A stretch of 64,000 bases of DNA from Prorocentrum cordatum. Its lineage: Eukaryota. Every line of letters begins with the position of its first letter. Positions within the stretch are counted from its first letter, which is position 1. The notes beneath the pieces were generated by a model, which was given only the letters and a program-made list of their open reading frames with translations, made no database searches and was not told the DNA's origin. The position numbers and the translations under genes were made by a program. Location of the stretch: positions 1 through 64,000 of the forward strand of contig CAUYUJ010000317.1 of assembly GCA_963575745.1 (NCBI GenBank). The letters run 5' to 3'. Below, piece by piece: positions 11,691 through 29,401 of this stretch.

Positions 11691-13729
11691 CTGAACGAAC
11701 AGCTTGAAACTCACTCGCTTCATCCATCCTCCATCCATCCTTTCACCCTTCCATCCATCCATCCTCAATCTGTCCATCCTGCTCTGCCCCCCCCGCGCTG
11801 CCTCCTTCGTGCGCCCCCCCCACTCCCGACACCAATGCCTCAAAAACCTATGCTGCCCACCTCCACGGGGACGAAGACGATGCTGTCCCTTCGCCCGCCC
11901 GGCGCCGAGGCATCGCGGCAAGCTCATGGACTTCTCAGGAAGCAGATGACAAAATAGGCTGGAAACACAAACGACCAGGGCACCCCGTCACCTGCACCAG
12001 ATGTCGCAAAGCGGAAAGAATCCATGTTCTTATCGCACATCGGTGACAAGCGGTCCCGTGTTCTGGCGGCCCTGAAACCCCACCTGACCTCTCTGAGCCC
12101 CCATGTCGCCGCACAGCTTTACGAGCTGAGAGGCGCACGGTGCTCCAGACCTTACTGGAAAACTGGCCTTATTTGTAAATACTCTTGCGATTTGAATTCA
12201 ACGTTTGTCCGCAAAGTCTTGCGCATTTTCCCAGATTCTCGTCGACCACGTTTTTCGATCGGGGTTCAGAAGAACGTGTTCAGATTACTGCATAGGTATA
12301 GTTGGCCTAGGTAGGGTGGGTGAGCAGCCGGGTTTTTTCACCACCGCGGGTTTTTCACCCCCGTTTTTTCACCCCCGCACTCTTGACCTCTGGCTGCCTT
12401 GCTCGCGCGCTGCACGGCACGCGCGTGGGACACCGCAGCCTTTTGGCCCAGAAGAGGACCTAGAGTCCGAAACGCGTCGCCAGCTAAAGTGGTTGAGATC
12501 GGTAATACACCAAGAGGAGGAGGAGGAGGAGGAGGAGGAGGAGGAGGAGGAGGAGGAGGAGAGGAGGAGGAGGAGGAGGGGGGAGGAGGAGGAGGAGGGG
12601 GGAGGAGGGAGGAGGAAGAGGAGGAGGAGGAAAGCTGTCCCCTGCCCAGGACCCATCTTCGCTCACGGCACACTCTCGTGCTCACCGCCTTGTCGAGGGG
12701 CCGATCCCCCCAGGGCGGGCGCCCCGGGGCAGGCCAGGGCCTCGCCGAGCGGGCGGGCCCGGGGAGGGCGGGCGCCCGGAAAGGCGCCACGCCCACCGAC
12801 GCCGCCAAGGCCACCTGCCCTGGCGGGCTCCTTCTCGTCCCCCTCCTCCTCCTTCCTTCCTCCTCCTCCTCCTCCTCCTCCTCCTCCCTCCTCCTCCTCC
12901 TCCTCCTCCTCCTCCTCCTCCTCCTCCACATCGTCCCCTTCCTCCCCCTCCATCCCTCTCCCTGGTGCGAAGCTGTGGGACGGGCGCTTCGCCTGTGGAA
13001 AACTCCTCATGGTGTACGGCCTCGAGGCTCGAGATCTCCAGCGGGTACACGGGTGGAGGGCGAGCCGCTTTCGGAATGGGCCTCCCGCCTCGGCGCCGCG
13101 CACACCCGTCTCCAAAAGCAGCAGCCGGGAGCATGGAGGGCGATTCGTTTGCAAAGCTTGGCTCTCGTTTTGGTTCGGCGCACCTTTGTTTCTCAGCATG
13201 ATCAACGGCTACACTGATGGAGGGCAGGTGCTTTTCATCATGGGGCTCCCGCCTAAAGTGCCTCGAACATGAACACTCGACAAATACAAACACTCAACTG
13301 CTACACGCATGGAGGTTTCTTCTTTTTCATGACGGAGATCTTGCATGAAACTGCATACTCCGCATTCCAAAAGAAAGTGGGGGGGTCACATTTGGGGGGG
13401 GTCTGATTTGAGCTGTCTTGGAGGGTTCGGGGGGGTCTGGGCAAAGGGCCGCCCTTTCACGGATGGTCTGGGGGGGTCTAAGACTTCTCGTCTGGGAGGG
13501 TTGTGACCCCATCCCATTTATTACGAAATCTGGAGTAAGTTCTACGACGAAATCAATGCAACAGTTTAACACGAGTGGGGGGCGGTTCCCTCTCAAACCA
13601 GGGCAGCTGCACACCTCTTTACACTTCTGCTCGCAACTCGTCGCAGTACCTTCTCTCTCCGTGGATGCAGGGCAGTTCCTTGCCTGTGAAGCAACCGGTG
13701 GGTGCGAAGCCCTTCCCCGCCGACGCTCC

Positions 13730-14400
13730 TCCGGGTTGCCCAGGGTTGCCCAAGGTTGCCCAAGGCTGCCCGGGTTTGCCCAGAGTTGCGACAGGTTTCC
13801 CATGCAGTGCCAAGCACTGCCACGTATTGCCAAACAATGCAAGGCAACGCCGAGCAACGCTGATTAACGCAGAGCAATGCCAAGCATTACCAGGCAACGC
13901 CAAGCAATGGCAAGCAATGCCAAACCATGCCAAGCGATACCAAGCGATACTAAAAAATTGTCCAGCGAGGCCAAGGAACCCAAAGCAATACCAAGCAACG
14001 CCAAGCAATGGCAAGCAAGACCAAGCAATGCAATGTCAAGCACTGCCAAACAATGGCAAGCAATGCCAAGCAACGTCAAGAACTGCCAAGAATGCCAAGC
14101 AATACCAGGCAATGCCAAGGAATGCAATGCAATGCCAATCAACGCCAAGCAACACCAAGCAATGCGAAGCGATGCCAAGCACTTCCGAGTAACACCAAGC
14201 ACCGCCAAGCAATGGCAAGCAATGACCAGCGATGCCACGCAATGCTAGGCAATAACACGAAATGCAAATCCAACCAACCCAAGCCATGCCAAGCAATGCA
14301 AAGCAATGCCAAGCAATGTCAAGCAATGCCAAGCACTGGCAGGCAATGCCAAGCGACGCCGGGAAACGCCAAGCAACGCCAAGCAATGCGAGGTAATGCT
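13730..14400 (+). repeat. 10-bp minisatellite (GCCAAGCAAT)n, degenerate
   Basis: Repeated gccaagcaat/gcaagcaat units; short inverted copies at ~15170-15230 and ~17800-17845. Confidence 0.9.
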
Positions 14401-14529
14401 TTGCAGTTTTATGTTATGGATTCCTAACAACTTCAAACTCCTCTGGGAGGGAGAGAAAACCCCTAATTGGTGTCGCGCTGGGTTCATCCTTCTTTCAGGC
14501 GGACCGTACGACAAGACTACGACTCCGAC

Positions 14530-18750
<4,221 letters not shown>

Positions 18751-20379
18751 TACTGCTACTGTCCTTAATCCTCCTGGTCCTCCTCCTCCTCCTCATCCTC
18801 CTCCTCATCCCCCTGCCGACCATTCCTCCTTCATCGCCGCACGCAGGGCTCCAATAACTTCACGACTGGCGAAATGCGCCTGGGACTCGTAGAAGAAGCA
18901 CCGTGGATCCTTCGGGCAGACACCCTCATCCTCCTCCTGTGCTGCACATCATCCTCTACTGTCCCATCCTCAAGCACATCAGCAACATCCTCATCTCCTC
19001 TTCCAGCTCCTCCTCCTCCTCCTCCTCCTGCTCCTCCTCCTCCTCTTCCTCCTCCTTATCCTCATCATCCCCCTCCTCCTGCTCGTCCTCATCCTCCTCC
19101 TCCTCGTCCTCGTCCTCATCATTCCACTCCTCCTCTCCGTCTTCCGCCCCCTCCCCCTCCTCATCCTCCTCCTCCTCCTCCTGCTCTCGTTCGTCCATCT
19201 CCTCCTGCTCATCGTCATCCACCCACTATTATTCCTCCTCATCTTCCTACTCCTCGTCCTCCTACTCCACCTATCCCGCCACGAAAACTTCAGAGGGAGA
19301 GAGAGAGAAAGAGAGGCTACATCGAAAATTTGAGACCACAATAATGAAACCATAATCGACCGCAAGCGCCTCATGGCAATCATCCCTGACAGCTGCCACC
19401 TGTGGCAGCAAGCACCAATTACCTGCTCAGTGTGTGATGACAAACCTAATGTACATTTGTGTGGGCGTTTTGCGTGACAGTCCTTGGGGCTCTGGAGAGA
19501 ACTATCGTTTGTTGTGATGTGGTCTGTCGTCACGGGGGCCTGTGGCACTGATTGCTGTCTTCAGCATGCAATTTCGCAAGGCGCAGGAGTGCAACTTGTG
19601 GGCGCAAGGCAGATCTGCTCGCGTTCCGCCACGTCGATCTCCGGCCCGCATCTCGGCCCACCCAAGGCCAATCGGGCCCTCGCCACCACCAGTCGGGACA
19701 CTCCCGCCAAGCTCCCCTGGGAATTTGGAATCCAACCAGCCCTCTGGGCGCAGATGGTCCAGGGCGTCCTCTCTTCCCCCCCTACGCGGGAACGGTGTTA
19801 CCCCCCCCCCTCCCCTCTCTGGGGGAATGTAAGGGGGCGGTGTGTGTGTGTGTGTGCGGAGCCACCTGGGCCCCAGATGGCTCCAAGATGGCCCCAACTG
19901 CTCCAAGACGGCCCCTGTTGTGCGATAAGGCAGCTGAAGATGGCCCGAAAAGCCCTCGACACGCCCCAGAGGTGCCCCAGGGCGACCCCCCGGACGGCTC
20001 CGAGGGCATACAGACCCTCCCAGGGACACCCCCAAAGGCCAAAAATTCGTGCAACACCGCGAGCAAGATACGAATGGTGGAATCGTCGCCTTTTCGCTTC
20101 CGACGTGTGGTGGAGGTACTAAGAAGGAGGCAGAGGAGGAGAAGGAGGAGGAGGAGGAGGTGGAGGAGGCGGAGGAGAACAAAGTACGAATGGTGGAATC
20201 ATCGCCTTTTCGCTTCCGACGGGCCCCTGAGGTACCAAGAAACTCCCAGAGGGCCCGAGAGAGCCCCACGAGGAGCGTCGACGGGCCCCGAGACGGCCCA
20301 AGAGTTCCCTCGAATGCCACAGAGAGCGCCACAAGAGGCAATTGTGCTGCAACCAGGGAGGGGGGTCAGACTTAGACAG

Positions 20380-20910
20380 CCCCCCTTCCCTGTCGCACCC
20401 CGAGGCAAGTCGAAAGGACGGGCCGGGCGTTTCGCCTCTGACTTCGATTTATGAGCCTGAACCTTAAAAACTGGCAACCGTTCCACAGATCCGAAAATGT
20501 GGCTCTCATCTCAGCGCCGCGCACATTCGTCTTAAAAATATGCAGAAGTTGAACGGAATGAGGGCGGGGGGGCTTCAACATGTGGCTCTCGCCTCAGCGC
20601 CGCGCAAATTCTTTTCAAAAAACAAGAGTTTCACGGATTGAAGAAAAGTGGTTTTCAAAGTGTGGCTCTCGCCTGAGCGAGGCGTGCACTCGTCTTTACA
20701 AGCTTAACAGCGGGTGGTTTTCAAGATGTGGCTCTCGCTTTAGCGCCGCGTACATTCGTTTCAAACATGTGCCAGAGTTTTGACTGATTCTCATGGTGGA
20801 CGTACCAGAACTGGCGTTCTGGAGCGATTCAGGACTGTCAGGGCGCAACACTTATGTTGATTCGCGGGGTTGAAGTCCCAGGAATGGCGTTCTGGCACGA
20901 TTCTGGATGG
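20380..20910 (+). repeat. Interspersed repeat with internal ~70-80-bp subrepeats (AAATGTGGCTCTCGCC); second copy at ~34500-35110
   Basis: Both copies share TGTGGCTCTCGCC units followed by TTCTGGAGCGATT(C/T)AGGACTG...GTTGATTCG...TGAAGTCCCA. Confidence 0.75.
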
Positions 20911-21534
20911 TCAACCCACTCCACTCCCCCGCCCCCTGCAGCAAGCCTGCATTCCCTGAGATATCGACATTGCATTTCTTTCGAACACGGCATTTTCGTC
21001 AGATTTCGGGCCCCAGGGGCCTGACAGATCGGTCCGGTTCGAAGAACGCCTCAGAAAGATTGGGTAATTACAGGCCTCTGATCGTGATGTTTTTCGATGT
21101 CTCACTTCTGTTCGCGCCGTCGGATCTCAGGGGAAGACCTGACACGCGGAAGCCTCTCACCTGAAGCCTCCCCCGCCCTCCGCCCCCCCTTTCCCCGGAC
21201 CCCCGACGACACAACTTCTTCACCACGGCCCACAAGACTCGACCCGTCCGAGTTCTCCCCCCGACCCGTGTTTTCCACATTCTTGGGGCCTGGCGAGGCC
21301 CACGCGAAGCTGAAGGCAGCCAAAAACTCCACGCCGGCCCAGAAGAAGACTCGAACCGTCCCCCAGGATCGGCTTCTCCGCCCGAGCGCGCCGTGTCTTC
21401 CCACGCCTGGGGCCCGGCGAGGCCCCGAGGGAGGCCGGGAACGGCCAAACACCTCCTGTCGTGCTTCTGTAAGACGCAGCCCCGAACATCAGACGCCCCG
21501 GTCCCTTCGAGACACAGGCACCCGACCTCTCGAC

Positions 21535-21705
21535 CAGTAGGAGCTCGACCACAAGAAACCTTCCACAGGAAGCCCAACATTGAGCCCCCAGGATGTCCAT
21601 GGATGGATGCTTTGCATGGGGGCTTCCCGCTTTCCATCGTAGAAGCATCGAAACCCAAGAAACCCTGAGCACCCTGGAGGAAAGCAGGGTGTTTCTTGGC
21701 ATGGG
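21535..21705 (+). repeat. Interspersed repeat; second copy at ~47537-47690
   Basis: GGAGCTCGACCACAAGAA(A/G)CCTTCCACA...CACCCTGGAGG(A/C)AAGCAGGGTGTTTCTTGGCA is present at both loci. Confidence 0.8.
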
Positions 21706-22639
21706 TTCTCACTGCACCTCCCCCGGGCCAGTCCTTCGTCCTGGGTCATTTTTCGACGGCCCTGGGACCATCCGCCTCGACTTTTCGAAAAGCCGCATGT
21801 CCGGGACCACGCCAGGCTTCCGACCCCCCCGGGGGCCCGCCCACCCGCTGGGTCGCGAGGAGCCGAGCGCAGCCCCCGCAGGCCTGCGGGCCCACAAGGG
21901 CCATGGCCCGCCCAGCCCCCCCCGCCGCGCGCCCGAGCGCTGGGGGGCGCCCCCGCGCGCCGGGGGGGGCGCCGCCGTCTGCCTCGGAGGCGCTCGGTGC
22001 GGGGAACCGATCTGCCCCCCCCCCCCTTCCCTGACATCTTGTGTTCGGGGGAGAGCCCCACGCACACACGTCCAGGTCACCGGCGCAGGGGGTCTGCGGG
22101 CGAGGACGGCGGATGGAAGCGGCAATTGCGATCGAACGCTGTCGAAAACACACTGCACAAACCGTGCACACACACACACACAAGCACACACGGCCCCGCG
22201 CGCGGCGACGGGGCCTAGAAAGTCGACTGCAGGCGGCGTCAATCGCGCGCCTACGCCCGGCCGAATTCTCAGAGCCTTTCGGGTCCCGCAGCGCCGGGCA
22301 GCACATACACACACAAACACACAAACACACACACACACTGACATTTTTTGGGCGTCGCGGACCTGCGCGCAGCGACAAAGCGGGGAAGTCGTGGACCAGC
22401 AATCGCGCGCCCGCGCGCCTACAAGCGCCCGAACCATCAGAAACCATTTTGGGTCCCGCAGGAGCCGCCGCCATAAGCCATCCGTGCGTGGAACGCGGGG
22501 GGCGCCGTGAAAGAACGAGGCTACGGTGCGGTGAGGTGCCATATCCCAAAAAATATCTCTCTCACACACAAGCACACACACAAACAAACAAACAAACAAA
22601 CACACAACGAATGTGCGCTTCATAATAATTAAGTTGAAG

Positions 22640-23250
22640 AGGTATGCATACATATCTCTATATACATATATATGTATCATCATATATGTGTGTATGTATA
22701 CATGTGTGTATAGACACATACACATATATGCATGCATGCATGCATGCATGCATGCATGCATACATACATACATACATACGTGTGTATATATATATATACA
22801 TACATACATACAGGCATAGATGCATGCATGCATGCATACATGTATACATACATACCAGATAGATGAATGTGTATATATGTACATCCATACATCTACACAT
22901 ACATACATACACACACATCCGTACACATATACATACATACATGCATACATATGTATACATGCATACATGCATACATATGTATACATACATACATACATAC
23001 ATGCATGCATGCATGCATACATACATACATATATACATACATACATACATACATACATACATACATACATACATACATACATGCATGCATGCATGCATAC
23101 ATACATACATACACACACATACATACATACATACATACATACATACATACATACATACATACATACATGCATACATACACACATACACGCATTTACATAC
23201 ATACATACATACATGCATACATACATACACACATACATACATACATAATG
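22640..23250. repeat. (CATA)n/(CATG)n microsatellite
   Basis: Direct inspection. Confidence 0.95.
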
Positions 23251-24099
23251 GGTGTGCCTGCATACGTAAAAAAAACTGACCATATGTCGAAAGTACCTCG
23301 CATGTTTACAAATACACACATTGAGTCCTCGCGCACGCTTTGCGCGCGCTTAACTTCTGGTGCACAAGGCAATGTCGCATCGGCAAGTGGGCACGACCAC
23401 CCCTTCACAACGAATGAGGAGGGGTTATTGCTAGATTGTGGACAATGTGCGACTGAAAGCCAAGCGGGGTCGCGTTGTTGCGCGGCGTTGCGCGGCGTCG
23501 CGTAAGCCAACAAATCGGAAATTCAACGAGGGGAGAGGAGAAAGATGGGCGTTTTCGGCCACCGGGACTGCTCCAAACCAACCTGGACCCCACAATCCCC
23601 AAGAAGCCGAAACACCTGGCCCCTCGAACCTCGATCGTCGAACGTCGATCCTCGAACCCCCTCCTCTTCCTCCCCCCCTCCTCCTCCAAGACTTCCAACG
23701 TCGTAATGTTTTCAATGCGCGACCTCTGAAAGGTCGCGACATCCCTAGGACCAGACTCTCGTCCTGATTCGTCTTCATACGGTCCCGGGGCCCGAGAACG
23801 GCGAAAGCCGAAAACGACCGGCACCGCAACCGCGACCCGACGCCGAACCCAACGTCCCCGTCGCATCCCCGGCGCGGCCACGGCCCCTGCCCCGCCCAGC
23901 AGACCTACCCCCCCCCCTCACCCGCGACGCACGCTGACTGCACCGAACCTGGAGCCCACATCGCTTCCGCGGCACCGCCGCCGCCCCTGCGAGGCGCAGC
24001 TGACCTTCCGTCACCCGCGCCGCACGACGCTGGCACCGCCAGCGACAACTGCCCCGCGCGCGGCAACCTGCCGAAGCTGGGCCCGCCGCCTCACGCACA

Positions 24100-27000
24100 G
24101 GCCCGGCCCCTGCGGCGCTGCCCACACGCGCCGCGCGGGCAAAGCTCCCCGCGAAGCCCGCGGAACGCGGCAAACCCGGCGGCGACGCCAGCGGCACAGT
24201 CGGCGGCGCGGGCGCCGAGCCCGACTCCGGCGCAACGCCCGTTTCACGCTGGGTCGCAGCGCCCGCCCCCACCGCGCCGCTCGGCGAAGCGCGGCCACCC
24301 CCCGCGCCCCAGCCGCACCCCTGCGCCCATTGCTCGGCGACCGCGAAAATCCCGACCATCAACTCTGCAAAGCGGCGGGCCCCGTCGCGGACAGACGCGA
24401 ACAGGCCCCTCCACGGCATGTCCCAGGGCGGCGGGTTGTAGACAGGAAACGCGAGGGGCCACGCGAACACGACTGAGCATGACACACAGGAGCAGCCACC
24501 AGTCATGGCGGCACATGTTCAATTGCTCTGGAGCGCCATCCCATGCCCATGCCCTGCGCGGCCTGCAGGGCTCGGGCCGGCTTCGGCACCAACGGGAACT
24601 GGCACCTCGCAACCTCGACGCCGTAAGGTTCTCGCACGCAAGACTCTTGGCAGTGCGCCTTGACTGCACAGTTCGCCCTGCGCGACGAGATCTGCGCGAC
24701 CCCTTTCTCCCCGAACTGGAAGACCTCTTCGGAGCCATCAACCTTGACGAGGACGCAACGTGACTATTTACAGCATCGATAATAACCGCGCCGGTGAGCT
24801 TCGCGATGTTCATGTCGGCGCCAATCCGCATCAACATCCCGCGTCGGAAACTAGCTCGGATGAAACTTCACGCCCTGGACAACCCTGGCGGCGCCCTGCA
24901 CGATCTGGCCCTTCACCGACATCTCCAGCCAGCCGAAAACGCACACCGATAGACAGTAGGCAAATGCCAGTCAGACGACCAGCGTCGCTGATGTTCGGCA
25001 TTGCAGCATGCCCATGTGTTCTTCCGTCGGGAGGCGGAGCTGAAGCAGAACCATGGCCCGCGCGCACAGCAGCGTCTCCCCCTCCCCCTGGCCTCTAACA
25101 CGAAACGCTGCTGCATCTGGCTGAGCACGGCCTCCCAGCCAAGGGGAATCTCAAACCCATCACGGACAACGGAATCTCGCGGCCGCCTGCGGTTCTGACC
25201 TGCCAGCCCAGATCGACCATGCCAGCGTCCGCGACGGCGGCGCAGCACTCGCCCTCTTCGACTCGCCCACCGCTCCCTCCCTCGGCACCCTCGCCCTCGT
25301 CGGCCTCTGAGCCCTCCCTGCCAGCGCCGGCAGCGCCCTCGTCGATAGCGGCGCCGACTCCACAAAGGCCAACAACGCAGCGCCCCTCGCCCTCGCCCCT
25401 GGTCTGGCCCCCGCCGTCGGCCACCCGCGCCCGCGCCACCCTCCGCGCCCGCAACGCCTCCCGTCGCCCGCGCCGGCGGGACTGGGCCAGAGCCGAACTC
25501 CACGGCCTCGGCCGGGCCCTCCCGGGGAGCGCCGCCGCCCCGGGCCCCCGCGGCCACGCGCGCCGCGGCCGCGCGCGGCAGGCCCAACAGCGACGAAGCG
25601 TCGCCCGCGGCGTCAGCGAAGTCCTGCGCGGCCCCCATCGCCCCACTGCGCCGCGGCGCACTGCTCTTTCACGCCACGCAGGTACCCACGCGCGCTTGAA
25701 CAGCTCGGAGGACACGCGAAGCCCCCGCAACTACGCGCGCTGCAGGCTGGCGGGGTCGGACACCTCGAACACGATTTGCACGTGCTCGACCAGGTCGGCC
25801 TCCCACGGCGGCAGCGACAGCACCTTTCGAACGCCGTCCGCCCGTGGAAACCCCGCGAAATTCCCCACGAACGCCTCGTCGACGCGCTCATCGACCGGGG
25901 CGAAGGCACCCGAGCTGGTCTTACAGAAGAGCCGCAACATAATGCCCCGCGCAATGGGGAGCGGAAGCTTCGCTCCCAGCGAGGGACTCCGACGCGGCGG
26001 CGGCAGCCGACCGACCCGCAGATCGCCCGCCACGCGAAGCTCGGCATCGCGGGCAATGTCTTGGAGACCGCAGCCCAACACCCAATGCAGATGGGCACCT
26101 TCCGCGTCGCGTCGGCCCCGAGCTCAGCGCCTGGCCCAGCGGGCGCCATCTAGAGGCACTTCTCGCGCAACAGCCACCGGCGGTGGACGAGCCTCCCTTT
26201 AGCAAACCTCCCTTTAATGAAAACGGGCTGGGACCGAAACCGACGGACCTGGACCCGCAAAAATGATGGCCGCAACGCCCTCTCGCGAACCGAGAACAGA
26301 CAATTCGCTAATCGACGTGTCAGAGTAGGAAGTCTGTTCAGCCCCGAAGCCTCCCATCGGGCCCCGGATCGCGCAGAGCGGACGCCTCCAGCTCCCTCTA
26401 GGAGACGCCGCCCTCCTGCTCGGCGCCATTAAGGCCCTCGTTCAGGAAGCGCCACCGCGCGTGGTACAGCGCCGGGTCCAACACCGCATGGGCGCGCTGC
26501 CCCTCCCCCAGCCGCCCCCACCTCGGCGCGCGCGCAGGCCGCTGCAACTCATCTTCGCACGGCAACGAACGCTCCCCAACGCCGTCCGGCTGACGCCAGA
26601 AATGGACACTCCGCAAGTCATCCACCCAATGAAAACGGCCGCAGACGCAGCAGCCGACTCTCGAGCGCACGCGCTGCCTGCCATCACGAACCTGCCCGCG
26701 AAACGGAGCTCTTCTGCCGCCCGTCCCCCCTGCCCCCGCGACGCCCGGCGAAACTGCGGGCCCCGCCCCCGCCCGCGCCACCGTCGCCGGGGCGTTGCGA
26801 CCCAGAGCCCGACCTCGGCGCTAGTCCACCACCAGCACCGCTGCCCGAAGAAGACCCGCCGCCGCCGACACCCGCGGGAGGGTCGTCGCCCGCGTCCCCT
26901 CCTCCCGCCATGTCACCCCCGTAGCCTGCCAGCCGCGACCAGTCCCTCTATTCCCGCCTGCCCCATACGCGTAAGAGGTGTTGCGAGCACTTCTGCGCAA

Positions 27001-27811
27001 CCCCCGCCACCCTCTGCACCATTTGCGCCTTCCAGAAGTCTTCGTCGCGGGCCAAGTCTCGCCGACCAGCAAACGCGCCCAGCCAGATACCGCGAAGCTC
27101 TCGGAACTCGCGGAGATGGGTCAGAACTTCGCTGTGCTTCTCTGCGGCCGCGGCGACCTTCTCGAGCACGGCGAGCGGGCGGTGCTGGCGCATGTCCCCG
27201 CGCGCCCCAGCGCGGATCCACGCCAAACCCACACTCGCCCGCTCCTGGCGCGCCCAGCTCGCCACCCCCCGCGCCGCCTCCGGCCTTTGCCCGAATAGCA
27301 GCACCCAGAGGGGCCAGTCCGGAGTCGCTTGCGGCTTCCTGTCCGCGCAGTACACCAGCGGCCGCGCGTCCCGCGGCCTCTGTCCTGCATATGACGTCGC
27401 TGTGGCCCTGGCGCTGCAGTAATCCTGCAGCCACGGCGTCGCCCACGCGATCCAAGCCGGCGCTGGCACGGCACCAGGCCCACACAACAACCACAGCTCC
27501 GCCGACACGTCGCTGGGCTCGCCCGTGTAATAGCAGCGCCGCCCTGGGGGGGGAGCCTCGGCGAACCCCGACCCCACGGCCTCGGAGAGCCACGCGCCGC
27601 CCGCAGCCCCGGATCTCGCGATGCCGAACCCGCGCGGCCACGGCGCCAGCCTGCTCCCGTCTGGCCCCGCGCTCGCGAGCGAAACGCTGGCACGTCGCGC
27701 AGAGGAAAACCGAGGCCAGACGAAGGAGGCGCGGCTCCTAAGCCTGGTGGAGATCGGCCTAGGGAGCCAGGTGGCCACTGCGCGGGGCAATCGAGCGCGG
27801 CCACAGGCCAA
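24100..27811 (-). mobile_element. Degenerate Helitron RepHel N-terminal relic (DUF6570 region followed by Helitron_like_N/Rep region), multiply frameshifted; helicase not seen
   Basis: Motifs read in order on - across frameshifts: CCVCGRFHWVDDL...LDPALYHARW; VPICIGC..PAMPSFA/(L)AGDLRVGRLPP..SLGAKLPLPIARG..FVGNFAGFP..LPP..DLVEHVQIVF../LRVSSELFKRAW (DUF6570-like); RWSSDW; DGARRFAELMV; and a decayed HUH-like RGALPARRVW at ~24125-24160. The assignment is by motif recall, not a search. Membership of 26948-27811 is uncertain. Confidence 0.65.
26153..26398. mobile_element. 246-bp insertion flanked by TA inside the Helitron relic
   Basis: TA(26151-26152) GAGGCAC ... GCTCCCTC TA(26399-26400). It has very short inverted ends and lower GC, and Helitron-like peptide stops and resumes at its edges. 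Confidence 0.55.
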
Positions 27812-29227
27812 TCACACGCTTCGTCGCCCATAATGGATCCCGCTCCCGACCCCAGTGGGTACGACAGCACGCGGCCCCCGCCTATTTCAACACACCACTC
27901 ACTCTTCTCCGAACCTCAAAGGGAACCAGAAGGGCAGCCAGAGGGTCGGCGCGCTCATTTCGACACATACACACACAACCTTCCACGCTTGCTTCGTCGT
28001 CGACTACGGCGTGCGATCCCCGCCCATATCGACACACCGCTCACAAGCTTCGTGCTCCAAGGGGGGGGGGGGTCAAATGCGGCCCTGGCGTGGACGGCCT
28101 CATGACGCCTCCCGACCAGGGGGGCCACCCTTCCGCGCCTCCCCGCGACCCATCCCCCCCGTGGCGCGCAGAACGGAAAGGTAGGCTTGCCCCCTACGCC
28201 ACATACAGCAGCTGAGGGTTGGACCCCTCGCTGCTCGAGTTGGCTGCCCCGCGAAGGGCCGTCTTGAGACCACCTTCACGCTCCATCTGAAGCTGGGGCT
28301 TCCAAGAGGGTGGGGGGAGGAGGCGCTTGCAAACGCCGTCGGGGCCCCTGCGAAGCCCTCTTGGAACCAACTCCACAGGGAAAGGCTCGAAAACCCTCAA
28401 ATGGTGGGGTGAGCTTGTGGACTTCCTAACAAGGTGTTGACCAATTTGGGCCGTCAGGGGGTCCTGTTCAGGCCTTCTGGTGGAACACCGTGGACGTCGT
28501 GGGGTCGTCCTGGACCCTCTTAGGCCCTCTTCGGCTCTCTTGGAATTGTCCGGGTGCACCTTGGGATGTGGCTGCGGGGACTTGGATCCCTCGTGGGCTG
28601 GGCCTTGTGGGAATGATCTCAGGCGCCCAGGCAGGGCAGGGAAGGGTGGCAAAAGTAGCGGCCCCGCCTGCAGCTAGGCAGCGGGATCCCGACAAAACGG
28701 CAAAAAACGAAAACCAGCAACGAAAAGAAACCACCAGGCCCATGTATAGATGTAATGTACCACCTCCCCCCCAAAAAAAGCAAACGAGCACACAAACAAA
28801 CAAGCAGGCAAACAAGCACACAGACAAACAAACAAACAAACAAACAAACAAACAAACAAACAACTTCCCGCCACGACACACTTCCTGCATCCCGCCCGCA
28901 AATGATCGGCTCCTGGGCCTCTGACGGGGCGCGCTCCGACAGAAAAACGAAAGTGTCAAAAAAGCAGCAGAAACATATAGTTTAAGTCGGGCATGTCCTC
29001 CTATATGCGGATTTTGGACGAAGAAATACTCAACAGCAGAAACTCGAGAACCTCGACCCCAGGCCCTCGACCCCAGAGGCGGACCCTCGATCCTCGAGAG
29101 GGACCTCGATCCTCGAGAGAACCCACCACCCCATAGGTCGGGCATGTCCTCCTACAGGCGGATTTTGATCGAAAAAGTATAAATATTCAAACATGATACC
29201 GGAGAAAAAAAACAATCATAATCGTTT

Positions 29228-29401
29228 TAGGGCTATGGGGCTACAGGGCTACGTGGCTACAGGGCTATAGAGCTATAGGGCTATGGGGTTATAGGGCTAT
29301 AGGGCTATGGGGCTATAGGGCTATAGGGCTATGGGGCTATAGGGCTGTAGGGCTATAGGGCTATTAGGGCTATAGCGCTACAGGGCCATAGGGCTGTAGG
29401 G
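29228..29401. repeat. 9-bp minisatellite (GGGCTATAG)n inside a MITE-A copy
   Basis: Direct inspection. Confidence 0.9.

Noticed and set aside
22442..22458. Additional spliced-leader-like matches (AACCATTTTGGGTC; also GCCATTTTGGC at ~16366)
   Set aside because: They are short partial matches lacking CTCAAG, with no convincing downstream CDS.
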